In this document: positions 11,318 through 24,520 of the stretch, piece after piece | Position numbering within the stretch: the first letter of the stretch is position 1 | Layout of the letters: each line of letters starts with the position of its first letter | Source: Ginglymostoma cirratum | Taxonomy: Eukaryota | Assembly (NCBI GenBank): GCA_024137785.1 | Contig: JAHRHZ010000055.1 | Location: 591,940-655,939, forward strand | DNA: 64,000 nt | Reading direction: 5' to 3' | Notes under the pieces: generated by a model | What the model was told of the DNA's origin: nothing | The model's database searches: none | The model's input: only the letters and a program-made list of their open reading frames with translations | Made by a program: the position numbers and the translations under genes

Positions 11318-13999
11318 GAATTGCAGATCATAAGATCAGAATCTCTGGTTTACCAATGGCCATGAATTGTGGCTTAACCTTGATCACTCAACCCAAGAAG
11401 ACAGAAGAAGTTCAATTTAATCTGCGTCCAACATTTACAGAACCTATTCCTATTGTTTGACACATGCACTACTCAAGAAACACATTATTTTGGTATCTAC
11501 ATCAGATAAAGCAGAATTATTCATATATACCTAAAACATATGAAGAGATGTCATTATACACCTCTGGTGGGCAGGTGGGACCTATATCCTTGATCAGAGC
11601 TGGGGACACGACCACTGTGCCACGAGCCTTTGCTAACATGGAAATGTATTATGCGGAGTGAACAAATTCACACATTGCACAGAATCTATGTTCAGGTCAC
11701 TGTTGCTGTGTTATTTATATCAGGCCTAACAGTGGTGGTAGTGTCCCTACCTCTAGGCCAGAAGGTGCCTGCCACGGAGGTATGATTTCTCATTATGAGT
11801 TTAAACAAATGATTTCAAATAATTAGAAAGGAGGATTGGTTGCACCACCTTACACTGAAGCCAAGTGTTGGCTGGTAGCACATGATATGACCTGTGCCCT
11901 TGTCTTGATGATGCTCTGAAGAGGTTTGAATTTTTAATCAATTACCTCAGCTGGTCCCACCCAAACCACTCCCCACCATGTAGGGGAACAAGCCCCTGGC
12001 TTCCCTGCCAACGCCTGCACCAAACAACATCTGACTAGCTGCCAACAAGCAAGGTCCAGGTAACTGCCATGTTTTGTCAAGGGTGCAGGTGGGGAGGAGG
12101 GGGCATGCACTCTGTGAGGATCCCAGTAGAGTTGCCAAACAGCCCTCAAACGGGCAGCTACCTATTGAAATGAACTACTTGCTGCTGCTATCGCCAATGG
12201 TGCCCCACATGGTGCTGAAGGAGGTGACAACATGCTAGCATGATGACCCAATGTCCTGGTGTACAAATTTCCTCCTGGTCCCAGCTTTGAGCCTCAGCCT
12301 TGCGTGATAGGCCAGATTTCATCTGCTATCTCTCTTGCTGCAGGACATTTCTAGAATTTCCTATTTTTATTCTGTTTGGATCCTTTGAACTTTAGCATGA
12401 TCTTAATAGACTTGAAAAAGATCCCTTCTGTTCTGTACGTTTGAATCAAATCCTTTCTTATTGAATTCTGCTACTCTCAAAATCACAGAATTGTTACAGT
12501 ACAGACAGATATCATTCAATGCATTTTGTCTGCACTGACTCTATCAAATCAGAATGCAATCAGTGCCATTCTCCTGCCCGTCCCCATAACCCTGCACATT
12601 GTTCCTTTTCAAATAGTGGCTCACTTCTCCTGAATGCATGAATTGAACCTGCCTTTATCACACTCTCAGGCAGTGCACTCTCGATCCTAACTACTCGCAG
12701 TGTGAATAACACTTTTGCTTCTTTCACTCATTACTTTAATTTTACACTTTAATTTTATATGACATCCTGAATACTGGTCTGGGCCTCAGACAGAAATGGT
12801 TCCATTTAAATATAGCTTGCTTTGGGAAAGAAATGTAGGGAATGAATCAATCGCATGCAAGACGTTGCAATTGTTTTCTTAAGGATCCTTGTTATTTCTA
12901 TATTTGGGAGAATTTGTAAACGTTATTTATTCAGAATCCATTTTACTCTAACATGTACCATATATTGGTCAATTCACAAGCTGGTAGGTTAGTTCTCAGG
13001 CAGCAATTATACCTGCAGGTGATATGGATACTATTAGGCTGACAAAGCATTAGTTTGGACTGTTCGAGGAATTGTTCTCTTCAAGAGTCTCCAAGCGGAG
13101 TATAATGAGCTTCCATCAGCAAAAAAAGGGGAGAGAAAGAAATAAATTAAAGAATAGCTCACATTGCAGTTATTATCTCTATCCACATCCTGTGGCTGAT
13201 GCATCATAAACTGCAGGTATCTTTTACACTTGCTCTTCCGGCTTCATGAGAGAGATGATTAAAAAGAAAGGTCCCAAATGCGCTTTGAAATTACATTTGT
13301 TTCTGTTAGATATAAACTCTAAATAGGTCTCAATATCTCATACCATCCAGCTATTTGCAACAGGAGCAGATTTGCAAAGTGTGAGCATAATTATTTTTTG
13401 TATTTCCAATTAAACTGTCACATAGAAACCTTTTTGATACAAACTTTTCCTTTCACTGGCAGTAGTAGACGTTTTGTACAGTGGGTGATCTCTCATCTTC
13501 TCCTGAAATTTTGGCTTATATTGGAACACGGATGTGACCTCATGGCTTCCCTACAGTATGCCACCAAAGGACTATAACTAATCTGTAATTATTTGACAGT
13601 GAATGACAACAGACTGCTTGAGCATGGAGGTTGCATTGGACCAGAGGTACAGGCACACTCTCTTGTGGTCTGAACAGGCCAAAAAAGAGCAGGAATCTTG
13701 AGCCTTCCTGACTAACCAGAAGATGCTGAGTCTAGATGTTATACTCCACCTATTGGCCTACCTCAAAAGAACTTACTCAATGCTTGCGTAGAACATATAC
13801 ACAGAAGAGCGCAACAGAAGTTAGAAGCAGAGACAGCAATTATGGTAAGAAGTCAAAACTTGAGGATCTTTATCTGAATGCACCCAGCTTGAATCAGTTT
13901 GACTGGGAATAAAGAATAACAAGGGAAAGAAGTCATAGGTGGGAGTTGTCTTTAGGTCTAAAAGATTTGCCTCGGTGTAGGATAAGGTATAAACTGGGA

Positions 14000-15065
14000 A
14001 ATAACAGAGGCATATAACAATTGTTATGATTTTAATCTGCATATTGATTGGACAAACAAGCTGGGCAAGGACTCTACAAAGAGTGCATCAAGGATTGTTT
14101 CTTATAGCAGGGCATTGCACAACCTACTGGGGAACATCAGAGATAGTAGGAACTGCCAAAGCTGGAGAATCTGAGATAATAAGGTGTAGAGCTGGATAAA
14201 CACAGCAGGCCAAGCAGCTTCAGGGAAGCAGGAAGGCTGACATTTCGGGTCTGGACCCTTTTTCAGAAAGAAGGGGACTGTACTGTTTTCAAACCATTTC
14301 AATTTGAGTTTGAGGGAAAACTACTCTGGTCTCAAATCAGTGTTGCCAACTTAAATAACAGTATTTACAGAGGCATGAGAAGAGACTTGTCTAAAGCATG
14401 CTGGGAAAGTAGACTGAATGGCAGATATTTAAGATGATATTTCATCAAGTTCATCAAAAATGTATTCTGTTCAAAAGGAAGGACTCAGTGGAGAGGTTGA
14501 ACTGTCTTGTGGTTTCCGAGGCTATCAAGGAGAGTTTTCATTCCAGGATGAAGTCACACAAAGCAGCAAAGATGATGGTATAAGTTAAAGGATTGGGAAT
14601 TGTTTTAGGAAGCAGCAGCAGTTGACTAAAAAGAAAACAAAGAGAGAGAAAATTAATGATAAAATCAGCAAGAAATACAAAAACAAACAGAGCTTTTACA
14701 TGAGTGTGGGTCACTTGGAGGATGTAACTGCTGAGCTCAACAGCTGAAACAAACAACAGGGAAATTGAAGATCATTCAAACCAATACTTTGCATTGGCCT
14801 TCATGATGGAGGACACTACGAACATCCCAAAGATAACGGATAAACCTGTTGTTAACGGGAGGAGAGATCTTCTAGCGATCTCCATTGTAAGGGACAAAGT
14901 ATTTGACAAACTGACGGGACTAAGGCAGAAAAATTGCCAGGATCTATTGGCCTGCATCCAACCTCTTCAAAGGAAGTAGCTGCAGAGATAGTGGAGGAAT
15001 TAGGCAAAATTTTCCACAACACATTGGATTCCGGGAAGGCTCCAGCAGATTGGAAAAACTCCATT
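14000..15065 (+). mobile_element. Degenerate CR1 ORF2 fragment with Penelope pLTR insert (~14139-14270)
   Basis: PGSIGLHPTSSKEVAAEIVEELGKIFHNTLDSGKAPADWK; pLTR matches 17918-18013. Confidence 0.75.
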
Positions 15066-15459
15066 TTGATTATACCCGACCTTTGGCTGCACCCTTTGAA
15101 TTATTTGCTCCCAACAAAGCTGACCTAGTTTCTACTATTTACTCCTATCATTAACACCTATTTTTTACCCTATCAGTCCAGTACTGCCTTTAGCACTCCC
15201 TGCATCTTTGAAAAATGTTCCCCATATCACCTCTGTTTCTTTTGCCAGTCACCTCTAATGACCTTGGTTACTGACCCCCTCTGCTGCTGCAAACTATTTC
15301 TTCTTAGTTACTTTTGTCAAGACCATTAGTGATTCTGAACACCTTGAACAAATACCCTCTTCAGTTCTTCCATGTAAATTGTACTCGAAATCTGGAACAC
15401 ACTTCATCAAAAAGCAATGGAGGCTGGGTCAACTAAAAGTTCAACAATTAAAAATGTTA

Positions 15460-15630
15460 AATAAAAACCGAGAGAACTGCGGATGCTGTAAATCAGGAAC
15501 AAAAACAGACGATGCTGGAAAAGCTCAGCAGGTCTGGCAGCATCTGTGAAGGAGAAAACAGAGTTAATGTTTCGGGTCCAGTGACCCTTCCTCAGTTCTG
15601 AGGAAGGATCACCGGACCCGAAACATTAAC
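15460..15630. mobile_element. Penelope-derived palindromic insert with two opposed hammerhead cores
   Basis: agttaatgtttcgggtccagtgacccttcctcag / ctgaggaaggatcaccggacccgaaacattaact; 11-bp TSD TAAAAATGTTA at 15449-15459 and 15631-15641. Confidence 0.82.
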
Positions 15631-15925
15631 TAAAAATGTTAGATTGTTGTTATTGAAGGTCAATATGGAAAATGGAACCAATGTCAGGAAATGGAGCTGA
15701 GAAGCAGTTCAGCTTTGATTTAATTGAAAGTGGACCAGGATGATGTGACTAAACAGCTTCCACTACTTCCTGTTTCCTTTTGAGAAGACTGCGGTAGATT
15801 TCGAAAAGATCCATGAGGATCCCGCTAAGCTATTTGCAAGGCAAGTCAAACGATTCCAGGAAATAGCACATTTGTTGGGCAGATTCCTGGGGCATGCCTG
15901 ATTTTGGGTAGTGTTACACATTAAA

Positions 15926-16770
15926 GGGAGGTGATGCCCCAGCGGTATTATTGTTAGACTATTTATCCAGGGAACCTAGCTAGTGTGCTGGGGATCCAGG
16001 TTCAAATCCTGCCATAGCAGATGGTAGAACTGGATTTCAATTTTTAAAAATCTGGAATTAAGAATCTACTGATGCCAATTGTTGGGAAAAAAATTCCCAT
16101 CTGGGAAAAAAAAATCCCATCTGCGTTCACTAATGCCTTTCAGGAAAGGAAATCTGCCACACTTACCCGGTCTAGCCTATATGTGACTCCAGACCCACAG
16201 CAATGTGGTTAACTCTCAGATGCCCTCTGAAGCGCCCTAGTAAGCCATTCAGGTGCATCCATCACTACAAAGTCTCAAAGAAATGAAACCAGACAGACCA
16301 TCTGGCATCGAACTTGGGACTGGAGAAGATAACGGCAGGAATAACCCTGTCAACCTTGTAAATGTCCTCCTTACTAACATGTGGGGGCTAGTGCCAAAAT
16401 TGGGAAAGCTATCTCACAGACTAGTCAAACAACAGAATAATGTAGTCTTGTTCAAGAATCATGCCATACGGGCAATGTCCCAGACACCACCATGACCATC
16501 CCTGGGTATGTCCTGTCCCACCAGGAGGACAGACGCAGCAGAGGTGGCAGCACACTGGGATACAGTCAGGAGGGAATTGCTCTGGGAGTTGTCAACATTG
16601 ACTCTGGATCCCATGAAGCCTCGTGGCTTCAGGTTAAACATGGGCAAGGAAACCTCCTGCTGATTACCACATACTGTCCTCCTTCGGCTGATGAATCAGT
16701 ACCCCTCCGTGCTGAACAACAATTAGATGAAGCACTGAGCATGAACGCTGAGCAAACAGTCCAGACATTG
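15926..16770 (+). mobile_element. 5' end of a LINE with tRNA-like head followed directly by AP-endonuclease
   Basis: A-box-like and B-box (ggttcaaatcc, 15999-16009) head, then VLLTNMWGLVPKLGKLSHRL...IPGYVLSHQEDR.SRGG...LLITTYCPPS. Confidence 0.82.
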
Positions 16771-17917
16771 TGGGGTGAACATGTTCTCTGTCTCTCTCAC
16801 TCACTCACTCTCTTACGCTTTCACATTCTNNNNNNNNNNNNNNNNNNNNNNNNNNNNNNNNNNNNNNNNNNNNNNNNNNNNNNNNNNNNNNNNNNNNNNN
16901 NNNNNNNNNNNNNNNNNNNNNNNNNNNNNNNNNNNNNNNNNNNNNNNNNNNNNNNNNNNNNNNNNNNNNNNNNNNNNNNNNNNNNNNNNNNNNNNNNNNN
17001 NNNNNNNNNNNNNNNNNNNNNNNNNNNNNNNNNNNNNNNNNNNNNNNNNNNNNNNNNNNNNNNNNNNNNNNNNNNNNNNNNNNNNNNNNNNNNNNNNNNN
17101 NNNNNNNNNNNNNNNNNNNNNNNNNNNNNNNNNNNNNNNNNNNNNNNNNNNNNNNNNNNNNNNNNNNNNNNNNNNNNNNNNNNNNNNNNNNNNNNNNNNN
17201 NNNNNNNNNNNNNNNNNNNNNNNNNNNNNNNNNNNNNNNNNNNNNNNNNTACAAACGCACATGCACACGTACGCGCACACACATCTTAGTCTCAAAAGCT
17301 TACTCATTATGGACAGTAAGGAAGGGAACTGGGATTTGACCCTGTCTGAAATATGAAAATACTGGCATGGACCAGTTGTATCAAGTGATCTGTTTCTGTG
17401 CTGTATATATTATGTCATTCTATATAATCGTATGATTCTTTTGTTCTAAATTGGATTTGATCAATAAATGTCAATGACTCATCACTTAATAACAACCTTA
17501 TGGTGTTTGCTTTCTTTCTTCAAAAGTCTTGGTCGACCATGACTGGATTCAGACTGGATCATATTATCTTAACCATCGCCATGAGCCTGACTGTCTCCTC
17601 TAAAAGGCAAATAAAGGCAACACGTTACATTGTGGCAGGCTCAGTAACAAGAGAACTGGAGATTTTCTTTTACACACAATAACATACCTTCTGTTCTTTG
17701 AGAAGGACATAAAAAGACACAGAGAAGGATCCCATGGCATTGTTCAAAGGAGAGCAGAGAGGTTCTTTGCAGTGTCCTAGCCACCAGCTCTCACTCAGCC
17801 TACATCTGTCTGTCTGGCAGTCATTCCGTCCTTTCTCTGGACCTTGTTTCCAGGGGTTGGGCAATGGACATCCATTCGATTGGACCATATTTATAGACAA
17901 ACAACAGCTGTAGTTTG

Positions 17918-18012
17918 AGGTAACAAGGTGTAGAGCTGGATGAACACAGCAGGCCAAGCAGCATCAGAGGAGCAGGAAAGCTGACGTTTCGGGCCTAGAC
18001 CCTTCTTCAGAA
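17918..18012 (-). mobile_element. Solo Penelope pLTR with hammerhead core (17980-18013)
   Basis: Minus strand tttCTGAAGAagggtctaggcccGAAAcgTCagc; TSD AGCT(G/A)TAGTTTG at 17906-17917 and 18013-18024. Confidence 0.85.
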
Positions 18013-19649
18013 AGCTATAGTTTGTCTGGCTTTTCTGCAGGGTTGCTGATTCACCCATTCTCACTAGCTGCCTTTAGGTATATCGGAAGGATTTATAGGC
18101 TGACAATCAGCCTGCTCAGCCACATGCTGAGCACATTTTCCAGACCCAATAGGTCCTGGTATAAGGCCTGAAACATGGAGCTTCTGGTCAACAGATAGGG
18201 ATGCTATCACAGAACCACAAGATCTCCTCAACCAACATCAACAAAGCAGATTATCTGCTTCAGAAACAGAAATTGTTGGGGAAATGCAGTAGGCCTAGCA
18301 GCATCTGTGGAGAGAAAGCAGAGTTAACATTTCAGGTCAGTAAACATTCTGTTTTTTGTTTCAGATTCCCAGCATCTGCACTTCTTTGGTTTGTTTCCGT
18401 TTGTCTGGTTATCTGTTCCATTGCTCTTTCTTGGAGCTGAGCGTGCATGAATTAGATGATGCATTTCTTACAAGATGGCAATGACTAAACTTTCAAAAGA
18501 CCATAAGAAATAGGAACAGGAGTAGGCCATTAGGCCCCTTGAGCCTGCTTTGCCATTCAATAGAATCATGGCTGACCTGACGCTCCTCATGTCCACTTTT
18601 GTGCCCTTTGTCTGGTACTGTATTTACAATAAAACACTTCGGAACATCTCAAAGTCCTGAAGAAGCTCTACAGAAAATGCAAGTTCCTTCTGTGTTTTTC
18701 ATACTTAGGGTGTGATTGATTTCCTACAGCCTGATGCTTTAGTGTAACCTCGACTTTATTTAGAATGAAGCCATTTTGTATTTAAATTCTGCGACAGCTT
18801 GAAGAGCTTAACACATTATATTTCCACTGGCTGAACGCCAAGAGATAAACAAAAAGATCAGAGCTTGTAATGGCGAAGAAAAGTGAGTGAGATGGAAAAC
18901 ATTAGCTTTAAATGCCCCAGCAATTATAACTCTAATGCAATCAGAACTTTCTTGTAAACAAAAGGGAAATAAAGAAAATGTACAAGGAGGTGGAATGGAG
19001 ACGTTAATAAGGATAACGAAGGTAGAAGTTAATAAGATTCTAGAGGTTAATGGAGGGGTGAATGTTCTGTCAACTTTGCTGATCCCAAGCTCAAAGAGAC
19101 TGTAAATTGAAATCACCTATCAGCAGAGATTAAATTTAAGGCCAGGATTTATTGCTGTGTGTGCACCTAATACTGGGGCATGTGACTTTTGGGACAATTA
19201 TCTTCCACGCCAGTGAGAAAGCTGGGCAGATCCAGCACCAATTAGCTGGTCATGTGCAGCTTAGAGAACTACCTGTCCAATCAGGAGCCTGGCCACTACA
19301 GTCCCACCTCCCCTGAGGCCTCCAGCCAATCAGAGGGCAGCCTCATGGAGCTGGAAGCCCAGGCTCTGCAACCATGAAGAGTTGCCTTGGTGAGAGGCTA
19401 AGTGTTTTGCTGCAATGGGAGAGTGGAGGGACAGATGTGTCAGGGCATTTGGAGACATGAGCAATAGGGTGGCTGTCTAAATCCCTGTTTTGATTTTCTC
19501 CAGACTGGGGCAAATGGATACTCTTCCCATCCTTTAGGCAGCCCTCCCTGTTTGTCTATTAGGAATTTACCACGTTCCTCATGTGCTGGGAAGCCAGTTA
19601 AATTGGGCCGAGGCAGTCTGAGGCTCTTAATTGGCTGTTATATTTTGTT

Positions 19650-20210
19650 TGATTTACTCATGGGACATGGATATCGATGGCTAGCCAGCAATTTATTGCC
19701 TGTCCTTAGCTGCCCTTCAGAAAGTGGTGGGGAGCTGCCTTCCTGAACTGCTGCAGTTCACCTGAGGGTTGACCCACAATGCCATTAGGGATGGAATTCC
19801 AGGATTTTGACCCAGCGACTGTGAAGTAATGCTGATGTCATCTCCAAGTCACTCACCATCCTGACTTGGAAATATCTTTAACGTGGTGGTGTTCCCATAT
19901 GTCGTCTGCCTCCATCCTTCGAGATGGAAGTGGTTGTGGGTTTGGATGTTGCTGTCTGAGGATCTTTGGTGAATTTCTGTTGTGCATCTTGTAGATAGTA
20001 CATAATTCTGCTACAGAGCATCAGTGGGAGAGGAAATGAATGCTTGTGGGTGTGGCGCCAATCAAGCAGCTACTTTGTCCTGGATGGTGTCAAGCTTCTT
20101 GAGAGTTGTTGGAACTGCACTCATCCAGGCAAGTGGGGAGTATTCCATCACACTCCTAAGCTTTGCCTTGTAGATGTTGGATAGGCTCTGGGAAGTCAGG
20201 AGGTGAGATA
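19650..20210 (-). mobile_element. LINE ORF C-terminus and 3' tail (same tail as the bipartite SINE)
   Basis: HLLTSQSLSNIYKAKLRSVMEYSPLAWMSAVPTTLKKLDTIQDK; tail gaagggcagctaaggacaggcaataaattgctggctagcc. Confidence 0.85.
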
Positions 20211-21679
20211 GGCTAGGAGCACTGCAGCACTTTTCTGACCTGTTAATGGACCACTTAAGGGCCTTAATTGGTGATGGGTTGAGAAGGCAGCCCCTGACCA
20301 CCAACATACAGAACGTAATGCCTGAGATGGTGAGAAAGGGGCTGAGTATCTCCCTGAGGCCATCCTAAGTATTTGCTCTTCCCACTACATTCCTTGCTAC
20401 ATCCAGAGAGGGGAAAACAGTGTTCAGAGAATGGCTTGAGCTGCACTTTTCATTGCCACAGCATCCACATTATCTAGTTAAGATGCAAAGGCTTTGGGGG
20501 AACTGAAGTAATCTTTGTTCTTCCAAGTTGTCACTCAAAAAAAAAGCAGAAGTCTTTGACCACACATCTCTTTGAAATGTGAAGAACGAGTTCATGAATT
20601 CACTTTACGTTGAATTTACGGCACAGAGGAATTCTTCCTGAAGGTTAACTCCTAACCTGTATGAAGATTAGCATTAACCATTATTAATGTACTGCCATCT
20701 GTAGATGCCCTCATTATCACCTGATTTATTCCCTGTCCTATAATATAGCTTCTGTTCAGGGCCTGAAGTTACTCCCACCTGCATCTTCATTTCTTACCTT
20801 CACCATATGGATTCTACATCTTCCAGTTCTAGATAATTCTTTGCCATCATACCTATTCCATCTTGTACTGTCATAGCTACGCCATCACTGTTTCCTTCCC
20901 TCGTTTCAAGAAGTCCCATACCCTGAATATTTAACTCCCACCTTTGAACTCCTTATCTCTGTAATGACAATAAGATGATACCCATGAACTTGTAGTTGTG
21001 CCGTTAATTCATATACATTTCTGCAATTAGTCACGATCGATAGCTGATCGTCATCACTGGGACCATCATTTGTGTGTGATGTGAATGCTCGCTACTCAGG
21101 TTATTAAGAACCTGTTCTGTTTCTGATATTCCTTCCACGGGTTCAATAAATGTGACCAATGGATCCAGCTGCCACAGTGGTCATTGGTGCTGTGACCATG
21201 GCCCTACAGAGGTGCAGGACAACTGAGAAGAAGCAGAAGTACAGTGAACCCAAGACCTGTGCCAATGTGCAGTGGCTGCTAGACAGCCTCCACATGAAGA
21301 AATTGCAGCTGAGAGTACCATCAAGATTCGGAGTAGTTACAGGAGGCCCAGTGTCTATCATCCTTAACGCCATTTCCTCCAGATGAGCAGTACACATTGC
21401 CAATGCAGCCCTGGCATGACCCAGGACTTTGCCTCAGATCAGCGCCGATGACTGGAGTGGGATTAGTAGCCTGAAGGGGTGAGTGGTCACCTTATCCCAA
21501 TGTCCACCAAGTTGGCCACTGAGACAAATTTCTACGCAACTGGCTGCTTCCAAGGATCTATGAGGGCCTTCTGATCCTCAATCCACACTAATAGCAAGTT
21601 TGTTACTGATCCAATTAGGGCCACTTTGTCTGGTATTCCCCATGACAAGGTCAGTGCTGCAGCCCAAGCAAGATTCACA

Positions 21680-22260
21680 ACCCTCTGATAAAAAAGAGAA
21701 ATTCTGTTCATCTGAGTCCTAAGTGGCACCCCTTTAATTTTAAATTGCACTCCCTGGTTCTAGATTCCCCAACTAGGGGAAACATCTTATTTGTATCTAC
21801 CCTGTCAATGGCTTTAAGTATTTTGTAGGTTTTAAAGAGATCAACTTGCATTCTTTGGAACTCTAGAGATTACAGACCCAGTTTTCCAAATCTCTCTTCA
21901 TTGGACAGTCCCGTCATCCCGGGAACAAGTCTGGTGAGCCTTTGTTATAATTTCTCTGTGCCAATGATATCCTTCCTCAGAAGAAAACCGAAACTACACA
22001 TAGGTGCTTCAGGTGTGGTCTAATCAAGCTGCCATACAATTGTAGCAAGACTTCATTATTCCTGTATTCAAACTCTCTTGCAATAAAGACTAACATTCCA
22101 TTAGCTTTCCAACAGCTTGTTTAACCTGCTTGTTAGCCTTTGTGACTTATAGACAAAGACGCCTGGATTCCCTTGCACGTCTATGCTTTCTAACTTCATA
22201 CTAGTTAAGAAATACCCTGCATATCTGTTTCTCATAGCAAAGTGGACTATCTCATAGGAT
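21680..22260 (-). mobile_element. CR1 ORF2 C-terminal fragment
   Basis: Minus strand YQRVVNL, FKIKGVPLRTQM; similar to other CR1 3' ends. Confidence 0.75.
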
Positions 22261-22309
22261 CGGAAAGTACAAAAAATTCAGTACCACCAAAACTATACGA
22301 CTGCTTACA

Positions 22310-24520
22310 CTAATCCAAATTTCTCATGCTAGGCTCATTGCCTTGAATGTTATGACACTCCAAGTGCTCACCAAGTATGTTTTTAAAAAGGTGCGAGCTT
22401 TCCTGCTCAACTACCCTCCCAAGCAGTACATTCCAGACTCCCATCACCCACTGGGTGAAAAAAATCTAAACATCCTGCCTTCCATGTTAAAATTGTGCCC
22501 CTGTTATTGACCCTTCAACTGAGGGGAATATCTGCTTCCTATCCACCCTGTCCATGCCCCTCATAATCTTACACACCTCAATCAGGTGCCCCTCAGCCTT
22601 CTCTGCTCTGAAGAAAACAACCCAACAGCCTCTCTTTAACGCTGAAACGCTCCATTGCAGGCTACATCCTGGTGAAGAGATAGTAGGAACTGCAGATGCT
22701 GGAGAATCTGAGATAACAAGGTGTGGAGCTGGATGAACACAGCAGGCCAAGCAGCATCAGAGGAGCAGGAAAGCTGACATTTCTGAATCATCAGCCTTCC
22801 CGCTCCTCTGATGCTGCTAGGCCTGCTGTGTTCATCCAGCTCTACACCTTGTTATCTAACATCCTGGTGAATCTCCTTTGCACCCCCTCCAGGCGTAAAC
22901 ACATCCCTCTTATAATGTGGTGACCAGATCTGCACACGGTCCTCCAGCTGTGGCATAACCAAAGTTCTGTATAGCTGCAACATAATCTTCCTGCTCTTAT
23001 AACCAAAGACCCAACTGGTGAAGGCAAGTGTCCCATATGCCTTCTTAACTACCCTATTATCCTGTCCTGCCACCTTCAGGATCTGTGGATAAGAACCCCA
23101 AGATCCCTCTGAGCTTTCTAGTGTCCTACCATTCATTGAGTGCTCCCTTGTCTTGTTCCTTCTTCCAAAGTACATCACCTCACATTTATCAGGGTTAAAT
23201 TCCATCTGCCACAGATCTGTGCATCTGACCAATCTGTCTATACCCTCCTGTAACCTGATATATTCCTCCTCCCTGCTGACCACCTGGCCAATGTTTGTCA
23301 TCCACAAATGTACCTACTATCCCCAATGTTCTCCTCTACATCATTTATGAATATCACAAACAGTACAGGACCCTGCACTGATCCCTGTGGTACACTACTG
23401 CGTCTCGGGCTCCAATCATTCAGCCTTCTACCACTACCCTCTGTCTGCTGTCTCACAGCTAATTTTGAATACGACTTGCCAAGTTACCCTTGATCCCACG
23501 AGCTTTTGCCTTCTTTATCAGTTTCCTATTTGGGACCTTGTCAAAGGCTTTGCTGAAATCCATAAAAACTACATCAATTGCCCTACTCTCATCCAAACTA
23601 TAACTCATCTCCTTAAAATATTTCACAACGTTTGTTAGGCATGACCTCCCTCTAACCAAGCCATGCTGACTATCCCTGACCAAACCTTGCCTACCTCAAT
23701 GGAGATTAGTTTTCTTCTTTATTATTTTCTCCAATAGTTTCCCTACCACTGATCTTAGACTCACTGATCTATAGTTCCCTGGTCTATCTCTACCACCCTT
23801 CTGTTAAAGTGGAACCACATTGTCTGCCCTCCAGTACTTTGGCACATCCCCTGTAAAGATGAAAGTGAATTGAAAAAGTGGGTCAGTGCCACTGTAACTT
23901 TCTCCCTTGTCTCTCCCACAGCATCCTGGGATACAACTCATCAGGACCTGGGGATTTGTCCAGTTTTAAATCTGTTGAAACCTCCAATATCTTCTCATTT
24001 CTAATAACAATCTGATGAAGAACTTCACAGTGTGTCTTCTTGAATTCTGTACTTGCATGGTCCTTCTCCCAAATAAAGACAGATGTGAAATACTCATTTT
24101 ACGCTGTAACAATGTCCTCCAGCTTCATGCATGGATTTCCCCCTTTGTCCCTAATAGGGTCTACCCTTTCCCTGGTTATTCTCTTCCTTTTTACATACTT
24201 GCAGAATATTTTAGGATTCTCCCTAACTTTGCCCGGCAATGTGTTCTCACACCGTCTCTTTGCTCTCCTTATTGCTTTTTTGAATTACCCACTGCGTGTT
24301 CCATACTCCTCTAGGGCCTCTGTTGTTTCGCTCCCTGAATATGCTGAGACATCCTTGGTTCTCTGGGCTTGTAGTTCCTACATTTCATCCTAAAGGGAAC
24401 ATGTTGGGCCTGTTATCCCCCAGTACCTTTTTGAACACTTCCCACTGTTCAACTGTAGATTTACCCTTGAGTAGCTGTTCCCAGTCTACTATGGCCAGAT
24501 CCTGCCTTAGTTTAAATGAT
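22310..24520 (-). mobile_element. CR1 LINE ORF2 (RT), degenerate
   Basis: SQHGLVRGRSCLTN..IDVVFMDFSKAFDKVP; WQMEFNPDKCEVMYFG; LYRTLVMPQLE..VQIWSPHYKRD. Confidence 0.93.
22677..22858. mobile_element. Penelope inverted-pLTR insert inside CR1
   Basis: Inverted arms gataacaaggtgtggagctggatgaacacagcaggcc; 13-bp TSD ACATCCTGGTGAA at 22664-22676 and 22859-22871. Confidence 0.88.

Noticed and set aside
15926-16015. tRNA gene-like A/B boxes here and at 36012, 44208, 55198
   Set aside because: No cloverleaf; these are SINE/LINE heads
16775-17356. Long ORFs spanning the N-gap
   Set aside because: Artefacts of unknown bases flanked by CT/CA microsatellite; the same applies to the X-runs at 58878-59277
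19140-21660. Possible DNA-transposon remnants (cttaattgg motifs, also near 36980)
   Set aside because: No TIR pair, TSD or transposase motif could be established
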